DNA from: Chlamydiota bacterium
GTDB lineage: Bacteria; Chlamydiota; Chlamydiia; Chlamydiales; SM23-39
Direction: 5' to 3'
Length of the DNA stretch: 12,127 nucleotides
Assembly (NCBI GenBank): GCA_050049995.1
Contig: JASFVE010000060.1
Coordinates: 1-12,127 of the forward strand
Positions 1-7,846 of the stretch are shown here, piece after piece. The notes under the pieces were generated by a model. That model had not been told where the DNA came from, searched no databases, and saw only the letters and a list, made by a program, of their open reading frames with translations. How positions within the stretch are numbered: position 1 is the stretch's first letter; each line of letters opens with the position of its first letter. A program made the translations under genes and the position numbers.

Positions 1-1
1 T

Positions 2-511
2 TCAAGGATAAAGAGAAGTGGTGGTAAACTCATCATAGAATCAGGATACAGTAAGCATCCTGTAGTAGGTGTTACTTGGTATGGTGCTGTTGCCTATGCA
101 AAGTGGGTAGGAAAAAGACTGCCGACAGAGGCTGAGTGGGAAATAGCTGCTTCTAGCGGAAATGATTACACATATCCAACAGGTGATGAGATAGAGAGAT
201 CTCAAGCCAACTACTTTAGCTCAGATACAACTAATGTAATGAGCTATCCACCTAATGAGTTTGGTTTGTATGACATTGCTGGTAATGTTTACGAGTGGTG
301 TCAAGACTGGTATGCTTATAATTTTTATGAAACTTCTCAACAAGAGCCTGAAAATCCTATAGGTCCTCCTCAGGGTGTATACAGGGTATTGCGAGGTGGA
401 TGTTGGAAGTCTTTAAAGGAAGATTTGAGAATATCTCATAGACATCGTAATAATCCTGGAACAGTTAATGGAACCTATGGCTTCCGCTGTGCTGCAGATG
501 TTTCTTCCTAA
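2..511 (+). CDS. pkn1: C-terminal FGE-sulfatase (SUMF1-like) domain, probably of the chlamydial Ser/Thr kinase Pkn1; 5'-truncated by the window
   Basis: The frame of track ORF 239..511 has no stop back to position 2. It reads [50 protein letters not shown]...[20 protein letters not shown]...RVLRGGCW...[14 protein letters not shown], GLYDxxGNVxEW and GFRC are FGE-sulfatase motifs. The sequence closely resembles the Chlamydia Pkn1 C-terminus as recalled; the kinase domain would lie outside the window. Confidence 0.85.
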   Translation, partial: SRIKRSGGKLIIESGYSKHPVVGVTWYGAVAYAKWVGKRLPTEAEWEIAASSGNDYTYPTGDEIERSQANYFSSDTTNVMSYPPNEFGLYDIAGNVYEWCQDWYAYNFYETSQQEPENPIGPPQGVYRVLRGGCWKSLKEDLRISHRHRNNPGTVNGTYGFRCAADVSS

Positions 512-526
512 TTTTTAAGGTTATTT

Positions 527-1456
527 ATGAAACTTTTACTTTGTAAGCCTAGAGGCTTTTGCGCCGGCGTAGAGCGGGCTATTGATACTGTGAAGAAAGC
601 TTTAGAGCTTTGGGGTGCGCCTATTTATGTTAAACATGAAATTGTTCATAACAAGCATGTAGTAGATGATTTAAAGTCTAAGGGGGCTGTTTTTATAGAA
701 GATATCGCTGATGTACCCGAAGGGGAAAGGCTTATTTATTCAGCTCACGGTGTTTCTCCGACAATTAGGGAAGAAGCAAAGAAAAGGAACTTAATTGAAA
801 TTGATGCTACCTGTGGCCTTGTTACAAAAGTTCATTCTGCTGCAAAAAGATATGCACAAAAAGGGTATCAAATTGTCTTGATTGGACATAAAAACCATGT
901 TGAGGTGATCGGCACTGCAGGTGAGGCTCCAGAGGTTACTACAATAGTGGAATCTGTACACGATGTACAGAAGCTTACCTTTACACAAGATCAAAAGCTA
1001 TTTTACCTTACACAAACAACATTAAGCTTAGATGACATAAAGGAAATCGTCGAGGCATTAGAAGAAAAATATCCAGCTATAGAGACTCTTCCTAGCTCTT
1101 CTATTTGTTATGCAACTACTAATAGACAGCTTGCTTTACGAGAAATTACTAGCGATGTCGATATTGTTCTAGTGGTGGGCGATCCTACCAGTTCTAATTC
1201 AAACAGATTGAAAGAGGCTGCCATGAATCGAAATGTGCCTTCTTTTCTTATTAATGATGAACGTGAAATTAACCCTGTTTGGTTTGAAAGTGTATCTACT
1301 GTAGGTATGACTGCAGGGGCATCTACTCCTGAAGGAGTTGTCCAAAGATGTATTACAAAACTAAAAGAGCTTGGGGTTAATGAGGTAGAGGAGATTATTT
1401 ACAAAAAAGAAGATGTTTTCTTTCAACTTCCTAAACCTGTTCTAACTAATTTTTAG
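527..1456 (+). CDS. ispH: 4-hydroxy-3-methylbut-2-enyl diphosphate reductase (MEP pathway)
   Basis: PRGFCAGV, IVHN, SAHG, DATCGLV, HVEV, TQTT, ICYATTNRQ, SSNS and TAGASTP motifs; three [4Fe-4S] cysteines present. AAGG lies 6 nt upstream of the ATG. Confidence 0.97.
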   Translation: MKLLLCKPRGFCAGVERAIDTVKKALELWGAPIYVKHEIVHNKHVVDDLKSKGAVFIEDIADVPEGERLIYSAHGVSPTIREEAKKRNLIEIDATCGLVTKVHSAAKRYAQKGYQIVLIGHKNHVEVIGTAGEAPEVTTIVESVHDVQKLTFTQDQKLFYLTQTTLSLDDIKEIVEALEEKYPAIETLPSSSICYATTNRQLALREITSDVDIVLVVGDPTSSNSNRLKEAAMNRNVPSFLINDEREINPVWFESVSTVGMTAGASTPEGVVQRCITKLKELGVNEVEEIIYKKEDVFFQLPKPVLTNF

Positions 1457-2209
1457 CTATTTTTTTAGTTCAATAATACTAGAAAGCAGCTTTTGAGAAA
1501 AAGGGTGTTGAGGGGAGGTGAAAAGAGCGTGAGTTGTATTTACTTCTACGATTTTTCCCTGACTCATAACAGCAATTCTATCAGATAGGTATTTTACGAC
1601 CGCTAAATCATGTGCAATAAAAATAAACGTTAATTTCAGTTGCTTTTGCAAGGAAAGCAGAAGATGTATGATTTGCGCTTGAACAGAGACATCTAAAGCA
1701 GAAATAGCTTCATCAAAAATAATGCATTTAGGCTTTAAGGAAATAGCTCTTGCAATGGCTATTCGCTGCAGCTGTCCTCCGCTTAATTGGGTTGGGTTTA
1801 AAGATGCTAGACTTTTAGGTAGGCCAACAAGTCCTATTAAATGAAAAATTTCCTTAGACAAATCCTTTTTAGGAAATTTATGAAGCAGCAGAGGTTCTGC
1901 TAAAATTTCGTAAATTGTCATCTTTGGATTAAAGGAAGAGTAAGGGTCTTGAAAAACCATTTGAATAAAGGTGCTCAATTCAGGCTTCTTTCGTTTTTTT
2001 CCTTCAAATAAGACTTCTCCTTCATCTTGTAGGCAAAGCTGCATTAAGAGTTTTGCCAAAGTGGACTTTCCACAGCCGCTTTCTCCTACCAAGCCTAAAA
2101 TTTCGTTATGATAAATAGAGATATTGACGTTATCTACTGCTTGCAACTTCTTTTTTTGGAAGCTTTTTTTTAGGTTTTTGATCTCTATTAGTGGTGTTTC
2201 TTTCGTCAT
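1457..2209 (-). CDS. oppF: Oligopeptide/dipeptide ABC transporter ATP-binding subunit (OppF/DppF-like)
   Basis: Walker A GESGCGKS, Q-loop QMVFQDPYSS, signature LSGGQLQR, Walker B IIFDE, D-loop SALD, H-loop IAHD, C-terminal PQHPF; last gene of the opp cluster. Confidence 0.9.
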   Translation of the reverse strand: MTKETPLIEIKNLKKSFQKKKLQAVDNVNISIYHNEILGLVGESGCGKSTLAKLLMQLCLQDEGEVLFEGKKRKKPELSTFIQMVFQDPYSSFNPKMTIYEILAEPLLLHKFPKKDLSKEIFHLIGLVGLPKSLASLNPTQLSGGQLQRIAIARAISLKPKCIIFDEAISALDVSVQAQIIHLLLSLQKQLKLTFIFIAHDLAVVKYLSDRIAVMSQGKIVEVNTTHALFTSPQHPFSQKLLSSIIELKK

Positions 2210-3164
2210 ATAACCAACAGTTTACTTTAGATTTCTGATTAAAGGTTAGGGGCTTTTGTTTGGTGCAAATTAACATTGATTTCTGGCAGCGATCGATAAA
2301 AGGACAGATAGTATGGATTTGTTTAAATTGTGGAACAGTTCCTGCAGTGACCTTTAAAGGGTTATGATACTTGTCTTTGTCTAAAGTAGGAACAGCTTCT
2401 AACAGCATTTTTGTATAAGGGTGCTTAGGTGTGTTTATAATATCTTTAGTAAGCCCTCTTTCTATGATCTCTCCTGCATACATTACGAGTATTTTATCGC
2501 AAAGATGTGATGCCACTGCCATATCATGCGTTATAAATAGAATGCCTATTTTATGCTCTTTATGAATCGTTTTTAAAAGATATAAAATCTCATTTTGCAA
2601 GGTTGCGTCAAGGGCAGTTGTCGGTTCATCAGCGATAATTACTTTAGGCTTCAAAGCAACTGCCATAGCAATAATAACTCTTTGTTTCATTCCTCCGCTT
2701 AGCTCATGAGGATAAAGATAGAAGCATTTTTCGGGGTGGGGAATCTTTACCTTTTGAAGAGCTTGAATACCTTGTGCAATACTTTCCTTTTTAGATATTT
2801 TTAAGTGTCGCATAAGTACTTCTGTAATCTGAGAGCCAACTTTTTGCGTTGGATTAAGGCTGGAATGGGGATTTTGAGGAATATAGGCTATCTCCTTTCC
2901 TCTTATAGCTGTCATCTCTGTTTCATTTTTTTGCAAAATGTCATCATTTTGAAATAAAATCCTTCCAGATTCTAAGGCAATATTAGGCGTAAGCAGTTGT
3001 AAAATTGTCTGCGTCGTAAGCGTTTTTCCAGAAGCAGATTCACCAATAATTCCTATAATTTCAGAAGGATTTATACTGAAACTTACATCTCTTACTGGAA
3101 AAAACTTTTCTCCATTTTTAGAAATGCTTAATGAAAGGTTTTGCACCGAAAGAAGGTCATTCAT
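2130..3164 (-). CDS. oppD: Oligopeptide/dipeptide ABC transporter ATP-binding subunit (OppD/DppD-like)
   Basis: GESASGKT, YPHELSGGMKQR, IIADEPTTALD, ITHD, PKHPYT and a C-terminal four-Cys motif (CPFIDRC..ICT..VNCW). Start placed at ATG 3164 (MNDLL), which has GAGGGG upstream and overlaps the oppC stop (ATGAATGA); the track start at 3185 is an alternative. Confidence 0.92.
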   Translation of the reverse strand: MNDLLSVQNLSLSISKNGEKFFPVRDVSFSINPSEIIGIIGESASGKTLTTQTILQLLTPNIALESGRILFQNDDILQKNETEMTAIRGKEIAYIPQNPHSSLNPTQKVGSQITEVLMRHLKISKKESIAQGIQALQKVKIPHPEKCFYLYPHELSGGMKQRVIIAMAVALKPKVIIADEPTTALDATLQNEILYLLKTIHKEHKIGILFITHDMAVASHLCDKILVMYAGEIIERGLTKDIINTPKHPYTKMLLEAVPTLDKDKYHNPLKVTAGTVPQFKQIHTICPFIDRCQKSMLICTKQKPLTFNQKSKVNCWLYDERNTTNRDQKPKKKLPKKEVASSR

Positions 3165-4032
3165 GTTTTTTAAGCCCCTCACCAATCATGTTTAAAGAAA
3201 AAGTAGTCAAAGTAAGAATGATCGAGGGGAATAGCAACCTCCACGGATAAAACCTTAAGGCGCTAATACTATCACTGATCATAACACCCCAGCTTGCCAT
3301 AGGAGCCTGAATGCCCAACCCTAAAAAGCTTAAAGTAGCTTCGGTAAAAATAGCTGAGGGAATACTGTACATCAACGTTGCTATAGCAACGAAGCGTACA
3401 TTGGGGATGATGTGTTGAAAAAAAATAGTAAAAAAAGAAGCTCCCATAGTTTTCGAGGCCAAGACAAAGTTAGCCTCTTTTAGCTTAAATACTTCAGCTC
3501 GAATGATCCTTGCCATCATTACCCACCCTGTAAAAGAAATAGCAGTAACAATAGCTAAAAACCCAGGACCAATAAGGACCACAAACAAAATTACGATAAG
3601 AAGGGAGGGAATGGCATTTAACAAGTCGCAGAAGCGCATGAGGATTTCATCTACATATCGCTTAGAGTAGGCTGCAATAGAGCCATAGGCAACGCCAATC
3701 AATAAATCAAAGAATGCGCTTAAAAAAGCTACAGCAAAAGATATTCTGGCGCCCCAAAACACTCTTGTAAAAATGTCTCTTCCTAAATCATCTGTTCCGA
3801 AAATAAATTCTTTGCAGGGAGGTAAGTTTCTTTGATCTAAATGGATTTCTTTATAGCTATAAGAGCTTAACCAAGGGGCAAAGATGCTAAGGATAAAAAT
3901 AATAAAGAAAATTCCAAGCCCTATCTTCAGGTATTTATTTTTGTAAAAAATAGATCTCTTAATCTCGTTATTAGTGACTAAATATTCTTTAAGAGAAAAA
4001 GAAGCCGGCTTAAATAGGTTGTTTAATGACAT
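3157..4032 (-). CDS. oppC: Oligopeptide ABC transporter permease (OppC/DppC-like)
   Basis: FGTDDLGRDIFTRVFWGARIS, EAA-like loop FVLASKTMGAS, HIIPN, EATLSFLGLG..P..SWG; several hydrophobic segments. Confidence 0.92.
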   Translation of the reverse strand: MSLNNLFKPASFSLKEYLVTNNEIKRSIFYKNKYLKIGLGIFFIIFILSIFAPWLSSYSYKEIHLDQRNLPPCKEFIFGTDDLGRDIFTRVFWGARISFAVAFLSAFFDLLIGVAYGSIAAYSKRYVDEILMRFCDLLNAIPSLLIVILFVVLIGPGFLAIVTAISFTGWVMMARIIRAEVFKLKEANFVLASKTMGASFFTIFFQHIIPNVRFVAIATLMYSIPSAIFTEATLSFLGLGIQAPMASWGVMISDSISALRFYPWRLLFPSIILTLTTFSLNMIGEGLKKHE

Positions 4033-4939
4033 AATTTTGTATTTTGGGGTCTAAAAATAAATAGGCAATATCGACTAAAAAATTGATCACAAGCAATATC
4101 ATACTAAAAAATACCGTAAGTCCCATGATCACGGAATAATCTCTGGCAATAATACTTAATACCATCCACATACCGAGGCCCGGAATAGCAAAGATTTTTT
4201 CTACTATGAAACTTCCAGTCAATAAATAAATGGTCAAAGGTCCTAAATATGCTATCACAGGAAGGCAAGCATTTTTTAATAAATGCTTAAAAAATATTTG
4301 CTTTGCACTTAATCCTTTAGCTTTAGCAAACCTAACATGTTCCGTTTTTGTCACTTCATCTAATGATGCCTTAAACAGTTTTGCGATAAAAGCACTGGGA
4401 AAAAGGGATAAAGTAATCGTTGGTAAGATGGTGTGAAAAAAACTATCAAATCTAGCTACCGGTAAAAGATGAAGCTTCATGGCAAATAAATATTGTAGCA
4501 GACTAGCAATCACTAGCATGGGCATAGAAAACCATAAGCTTGTAAAAACTAGAAAAAATGAGTTGTTTTTTTTACGCAGGGAAAAAGCAGCTCCTATCCC
4601 CCCTCCTATAGAAAGGGAAAGAAGTAGCGATTGCAGGCCAAGTAAAAAAGTAGCTGGAAAACCTTCAAGGATGATTTGATTGATGCTTCTTCCTTGGTAG
4701 ACAAGGGAAAACCCGAAGTCAAACTGTAAAATCTTGTAAAGGTAAGTTATGTACTGCTGAAAAAGAGGTTTGTCGAGGCCATAATGTGCATGAAGTGCTT
4801 GAACAACTTCGGTAGGTATATTGTCCAAATGAGAAAATGGATCACCTGGCATTGCCTGCATTAATACAAAAGTAACTGTGATTACAAAAAATAAAGAAAA
4901 AAGTAGAGTAAAACTCTTTTTTATAATGTAAGAAAGCAT
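4010..4939 (-). CDS. oppB: Oligopeptide ABC transporter permease (OppB/DppB-like)
   Basis: MPGDP, YGLDKPLFQQY, FDFGFS, AKAKGLS, HLLKNA, GSFIVEKIFAIPGLG, RDY, VDIAYLFLDPKI. Start placed at ATG 4939 (MLSYIIKK, a typical OppB N-terminus); the track's TTG at 4990 coincides with the predicted -35 box. Confidence 0.92.
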   Translation of the reverse strand: MLSYIIKKSFTLLFSLFFVITVTFVLMQAMPGDPFSHLDNIPTEVVQALHAHYGLDKPLFQQYITYLYKILQFDFGFSLVYQGRSINQIILEGFPATFLLGLQSLLLSLSIGGGIGAAFSLRKKNNSFFLVFTSLWFSMPMLVIASLLQYLFAMKLHLLPVARFDSFFHTILPTITLSLFPSAFIAKLFKASLDEVTKTEHVRFAKAKGLSAKQIFFKHLLKNACLPVIAYLGPLTIYLLTGSFIVEKIFAIPGLGMWMVLSIIARDYSVIMGLTVFFSMILLVINFLVDIAYLFLDPKIQNYVIKQPI

Positions 4940-4961
4940 AATTATTTCAAAGTAGCCGTAA

Positions 4962-4990
4962 ATTCTAGCAAAAGATATAGTGTTTGACAA
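4962..4990 (-). promoter_or_regulatory. Sigma70/sigma66-type promoter for oppBCDF
   Basis: Minus strand reads TTGTCA (4990-4985), a 17-nt spacer ending in TGC, then TAGAAT (4967-4962). Both boxes match consensus at 5/6, with an extended -10 TGn, 22 nt upstream of the oppB ATG. Confidence 0.7.
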
Positions 4991-4993
4991 TCT

Positions 4994-6388
4994 ATGAATA
5001 AAAAATCATTGCTCAGATCAAATAACAAATTTCATTTTACCTCATTGGGATGCGCTCGTAATCTCGTGGATAGTGAGGTAATGATTGGACTTTTATTAAA
5101 AAAGGGTTTGGAAATTACCCCTGAAATAGAGGAAGCAGACTTTCTTATTGTCAACACATGTGGCTTTTTGGAAGCAGCAAGAAAAGAAGCTTTGGAAGTA
5201 ATCGATGAAATTTTTCAAGAGAAAAAAAAATCAGCTAAAGTAATTGTTGCTGGTTGCATGGTCCAAAAGCATTCCGATTTGTTAAAAACTACTTTTCCTA
5301 ATATTCATCACATGATTGGATCGGGTGATGTGGAAAAGATAGTGGAAGCTGTGCAAACAAAAGAAATGGGCTCATCTATCACTTCTGCTAAAAGCTATTT
5401 GGAAATGGGGGAAATCCCTAGGGCTATTTCTACCCCCAATCACTATGCGTATTTAAAAATAGCCGAAGGCTGCAAAAAAAGATGTGCTTTTTGCATTATC
5501 CCTACCATTAAAGGGCAATTGAAAAGCAAAACAAATGAGCAGGTTTTAAAAGAATTCAAAGCATTATTATCTCAAGGTATTAAAGAGATTATTCTCATTG
5601 CACAAGACTTAGGTGACTTTGGAAAGGACCGAAAGGAAAAGAATGGGCTTACCCTTCTTTTAAAGCAGATATTGGAGATTAAGCAGGATTTCTGGTTAAG
5701 GCTTTTGTATTTGTACCCTGATGAAATTACGGATGAGCTTATAGAAGTTATTCAAAGTGATAAAAGGATCTGCCCTTATTTAGATATGCCTTTGCAACAT
5801 ATTAATGATGATGTTTTAAAGGCAATGCATAGGAAAACCTCTCGCAAGCAGATCATAGAAATTATAACAAACCTTCGTAAAAAGCTTCCTGATATTACTA
5901 TCAGAACATCACTCATGGTAGGATATCCAGGAGAGACAAAGCAGCAGTTTGAAGAACTGCTTGATTTTGTAAAAACTTATCAACTAGACAATATAGGAGT
6001 TTTCAAATTCTCCAAGGAAAAAGAGGCTTTTGCGGCTAACTTAGAGAATCAGATTCCTGAAAATGTTAAGCAAAAGCGCTTTAAAAAGCTAACTAAGGCT
6101 CAATTTGATGTTGTTTTAACTAAAAACCAGCAAAAAATAGGCCAGGTGCTGGATTGTTTTGTGGAAGGGTTCCATCCAGATTCTGAATATCTTTTAAGAG
6201 CAAGACATAAGGGGCAATGTCCCGATATTGATGGCCAAATAATCATTACAGATGGAAGGTTAGTCAATGAGTTTGGAAAACTCTACAAAGTGCGGATAAC
6301 CGATTTTTCAGACTATGACTTGATAGGAGAGGTTATTGCTGTTTGTGAAGAGGCTCCTCGTCAAAATAAACTAAAAGTTCTTGTTTAA
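4994..6388 (+). CDS. rimO: Ribosomal protein uS12 methylthiotransferase (radical SAM, MTTase family)
   Basis: N-terminal MTTase cysteines SLGCARNLVDSE, NTCGF, AGCMVQ; radical SAM CKKRCAFC within YAYLKIAEGC; RLLYLYP, YLDMPLQH; C-terminal TRAM-like region with PDIDG and YDLIG, typical of RimO rather than MiaB. Confidence 0.95.
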   Translation: MNKKSLLRSNNKFHFTSLGCARNLVDSEVMIGLLLKKGLEITPEIEEADFLIVNTCGFLEAARKEALEVIDEIFQEKKKSAKVIVAGCMVQKHSDLLKTTFPNIHHMIGSGDVEKIVEAVQTKEMGSSITSAKSYLEMGEIPRAISTPNHYAYLKIAEGCKKRCAFCIIPTIKGQLKSKTNEQVLKEFKALLSQGIKEIILIAQDLGDFGKDRKEKNGLTLLLKQILEIKQDFWLRLLYLYPDEITDELIEVIQSDKRICPYLDMPLQHINDDVLKAMHRKTSRKQIIEIITNLRKKLPDITIRTSLMVGYPGETKQQFEELLDFVKTYQLDNIGVFKFSKEKEAFAANLENQIPENVKQKRFKKLTKAQFDVVLTKNQQKIGQVLDCFVEGFHPDSEYLLRARHKGQCPDIDGQIIITDGRLVNEFGKLYKVRITDFSDYDLIGEVIAVCEEAPRQNKLKVLV

Positions 6389-6400
6389 AAATTCTTTTCT

Positions 6401-6419
6401 TCAATAAAAAATTTATTGA
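6401..6419. repeat. AT-rich 8-3-8 inverted repeat between rimO and the sugar porter
   Basis: TCAATAAA-AAA-TTTATTGA, a perfect palindrome 48 nt upstream of the transporter ATG; function unknown. Confidence 0.5.
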
Positions 6420-6467
6420 TTTGAATCCCCTTTTTTTGTTCGATGCAAATTAGAAAGAGGTTTTCAA

Positions 6468-7790
6468 ATGAAAGATAAATTACCGGCATATACTGTTTTT
6501 GTATCTATTATCGCAGCTATAGGGGGATTACTTTTTGGCTATCAAACAGCTGTGGTTTCTGGCGCGCTATTATTTTTAGAAAGTCACTTTGATTTAACAA
6601 CCCTACAGCAGCAGTTGGTTGTCAGCACTCTACTAATTGGCGCTTTGATAGCAGCTATTTTAGGAGGAAGCTTTGCTGATCATTTTGGACGAAAGACTTC
6701 TTTGCTCATTACCTCATTACTATTCATAGTTGGAACTTATTTATTAACAGGAGCGAACAGCGTTTTTGAGCTTTTAACAGGCCGTTTCATTATTGGACTA
6801 GGCATTGGGTTAGCTTCTTTGGTAGTTCCTTTATATATCGCAGAAATGTCGCCTGCAAAGCATCGAGGAATGCTAGTCTCTTTTAACCAGTTTGCTATCA
6901 CGATTGGAATTTTACTAGCCTACATTATTAATTATTACTTTTCTTCTTCTCAGGACTGGAGGTGGATGTTTGGTTTTGCTTTCATTCCAGCAGTACTACA
7001 GTTGATTGGGTTATATTTTATTTCAGATACTCCCAGCTGGTTTATCTCTCATGGTAAAAAAGCAAAAGCTATGCAGGTGTTAGAAAAAACAAGAAGACCC
7101 AAAAAAAAGGAAGAAGTCCTGCAGAAAACAAATATTTCAAGAAAAGAAGGTCGTGTTAAAGAGCTTTTTAAAGCAAAAGTAAAAGCTCCTTTTTTAGTAG
7201 GTATTGGAATTAGTGTCTTTCAGCAAATAACAGGAATTAATATTGTCATCTATTATGCTCCTAGGATTTTTCAGTTAGCAGGATTTGCTACAGCAGAGTC
7301 TGCTATTAGCGCCACACTATCTATTGGGATCATTAACGTTCTTATGACAATAGTTGCTCTATGGCTTATCGATCGTTTAGGAAGACGTCCTCTTTTGATT
7401 ATTGGAATTGCCGGCATGGCAACTTCTTTAGCTATTTTGGGCTGGTCTTTTCTTATTGAATTAGAGGGGATAAGTTATGTTGCTGTAGGAAGTGTAATGG
7501 TGTATGTTTCTTTCTTTGCAATTAGCCTAGGTCCTATTGCTTGGTTAATCATATCAGAAATTTTCCCGTTAAAAATACGGGGTAGAGCCATGGGAGTTGC
7601 CGTGTTTGCCAACTGGAGCGCCAACTATATAGTCTCCCTTACCTTCTTGACCCTTGTAGAAATATTAGGAACCGGGGTTACTTTTTGGTTTTATACAACT
7701 ATTTGTTTATTAGCGCTTTGGTTTGTCATTAAAAAAGTACCAGAAACAAAAGGAAAAACTTTAGAACAGATTCAAAACTTTTGGGAGTAG
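6468..7790 (+). CDS. MFS sugar porter family transporter (GalP/XylE/GlcP-like)
   Basis: GGLLFGYxT, ADHFGRK, GRFIIGLGIG, YIAEMSPAKHRG, QQITGINIVIYY, IDRLGRRPLL, SLGPIAWLIISEIFP, VPETKGKTLEQI; about 12 hydrophobic segments; AGAGG ribosome-binding site 7 nt before the ATG. Confidence 0.95.
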   Translation: MKDKLPAYTVFVSIIAAIGGLLFGYQTAVVSGALLFLESHFDLTTLQQQLVVSTLLIGALIAAILGGSFADHFGRKTSLLITSLLFIVGTYLLTGANSVFELLTGRFIIGLGIGLASLVVPLYIAEMSPAKHRGMLVSFNQFAITIGILLAYIINYYFSSSQDWRWMFGFAFIPAVLQLIGLYFISDTPSWFISHGKKAKAMQVLEKTRRPKKKEEVLQKTNISRKEGRVKELFKAKVKAPFLVGIGISVFQQITGINIVIYYAPRIFQLAGFATAESAISATLSIGIINVLMTIVALWLIDRLGRRPLLIIGIAGMATSLAILGWSFLIELEGISYVAVGSVMVYVSFFAISLGPIAWLIISEIFPLKIRGRAMGVAVFANWSANYIVSLTFLTLVEILGTGVTFWFYTTICLLALWFVIKKVPETKGKTLEQIQNFWE

Positions 7791-7846
7791 CTTAAAATCG
7801 TATCTTTGCTATTCTGATAAGAAAAACCAAGTTGCGGAGTTAATTT

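Noticed and set aside
239..511. Stand-alone 90-aa protein as given in the ORF track
   Set aside because: The frame is open to the window start and conserved FGE motifs lie upstream of this Met, so it is an internal methionine.
791..994. 67-aa minus-strand ORF
   Set aside because: Lies entirely antisense within ispH; no recognisable motif; shadow ORF.
4230..4679. Two plus-strand ORFs (4230..4436 and 4479..4679)
   Set aside because: Antisense to the well-supported oppB; composition is what the reverse complement of a hydrophobic gene gives.
4984..4989. Perfect TTGACA on the plus strand as a rimO -35 box
   Set aside because: Only 4 nt before the rimO ATG with no -10 at the right spacing; better explained as overlapping the minus-strand TTGTCA of the opp promoter.
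5222..5230. A9 homopolymer in rimO (and similar A/T runs in opp genes) as phase-variation or frameshift sites
   Set aside because: Reading frames are intact and the runs encode Lys-rich stretches expected in an AT-rich genome.
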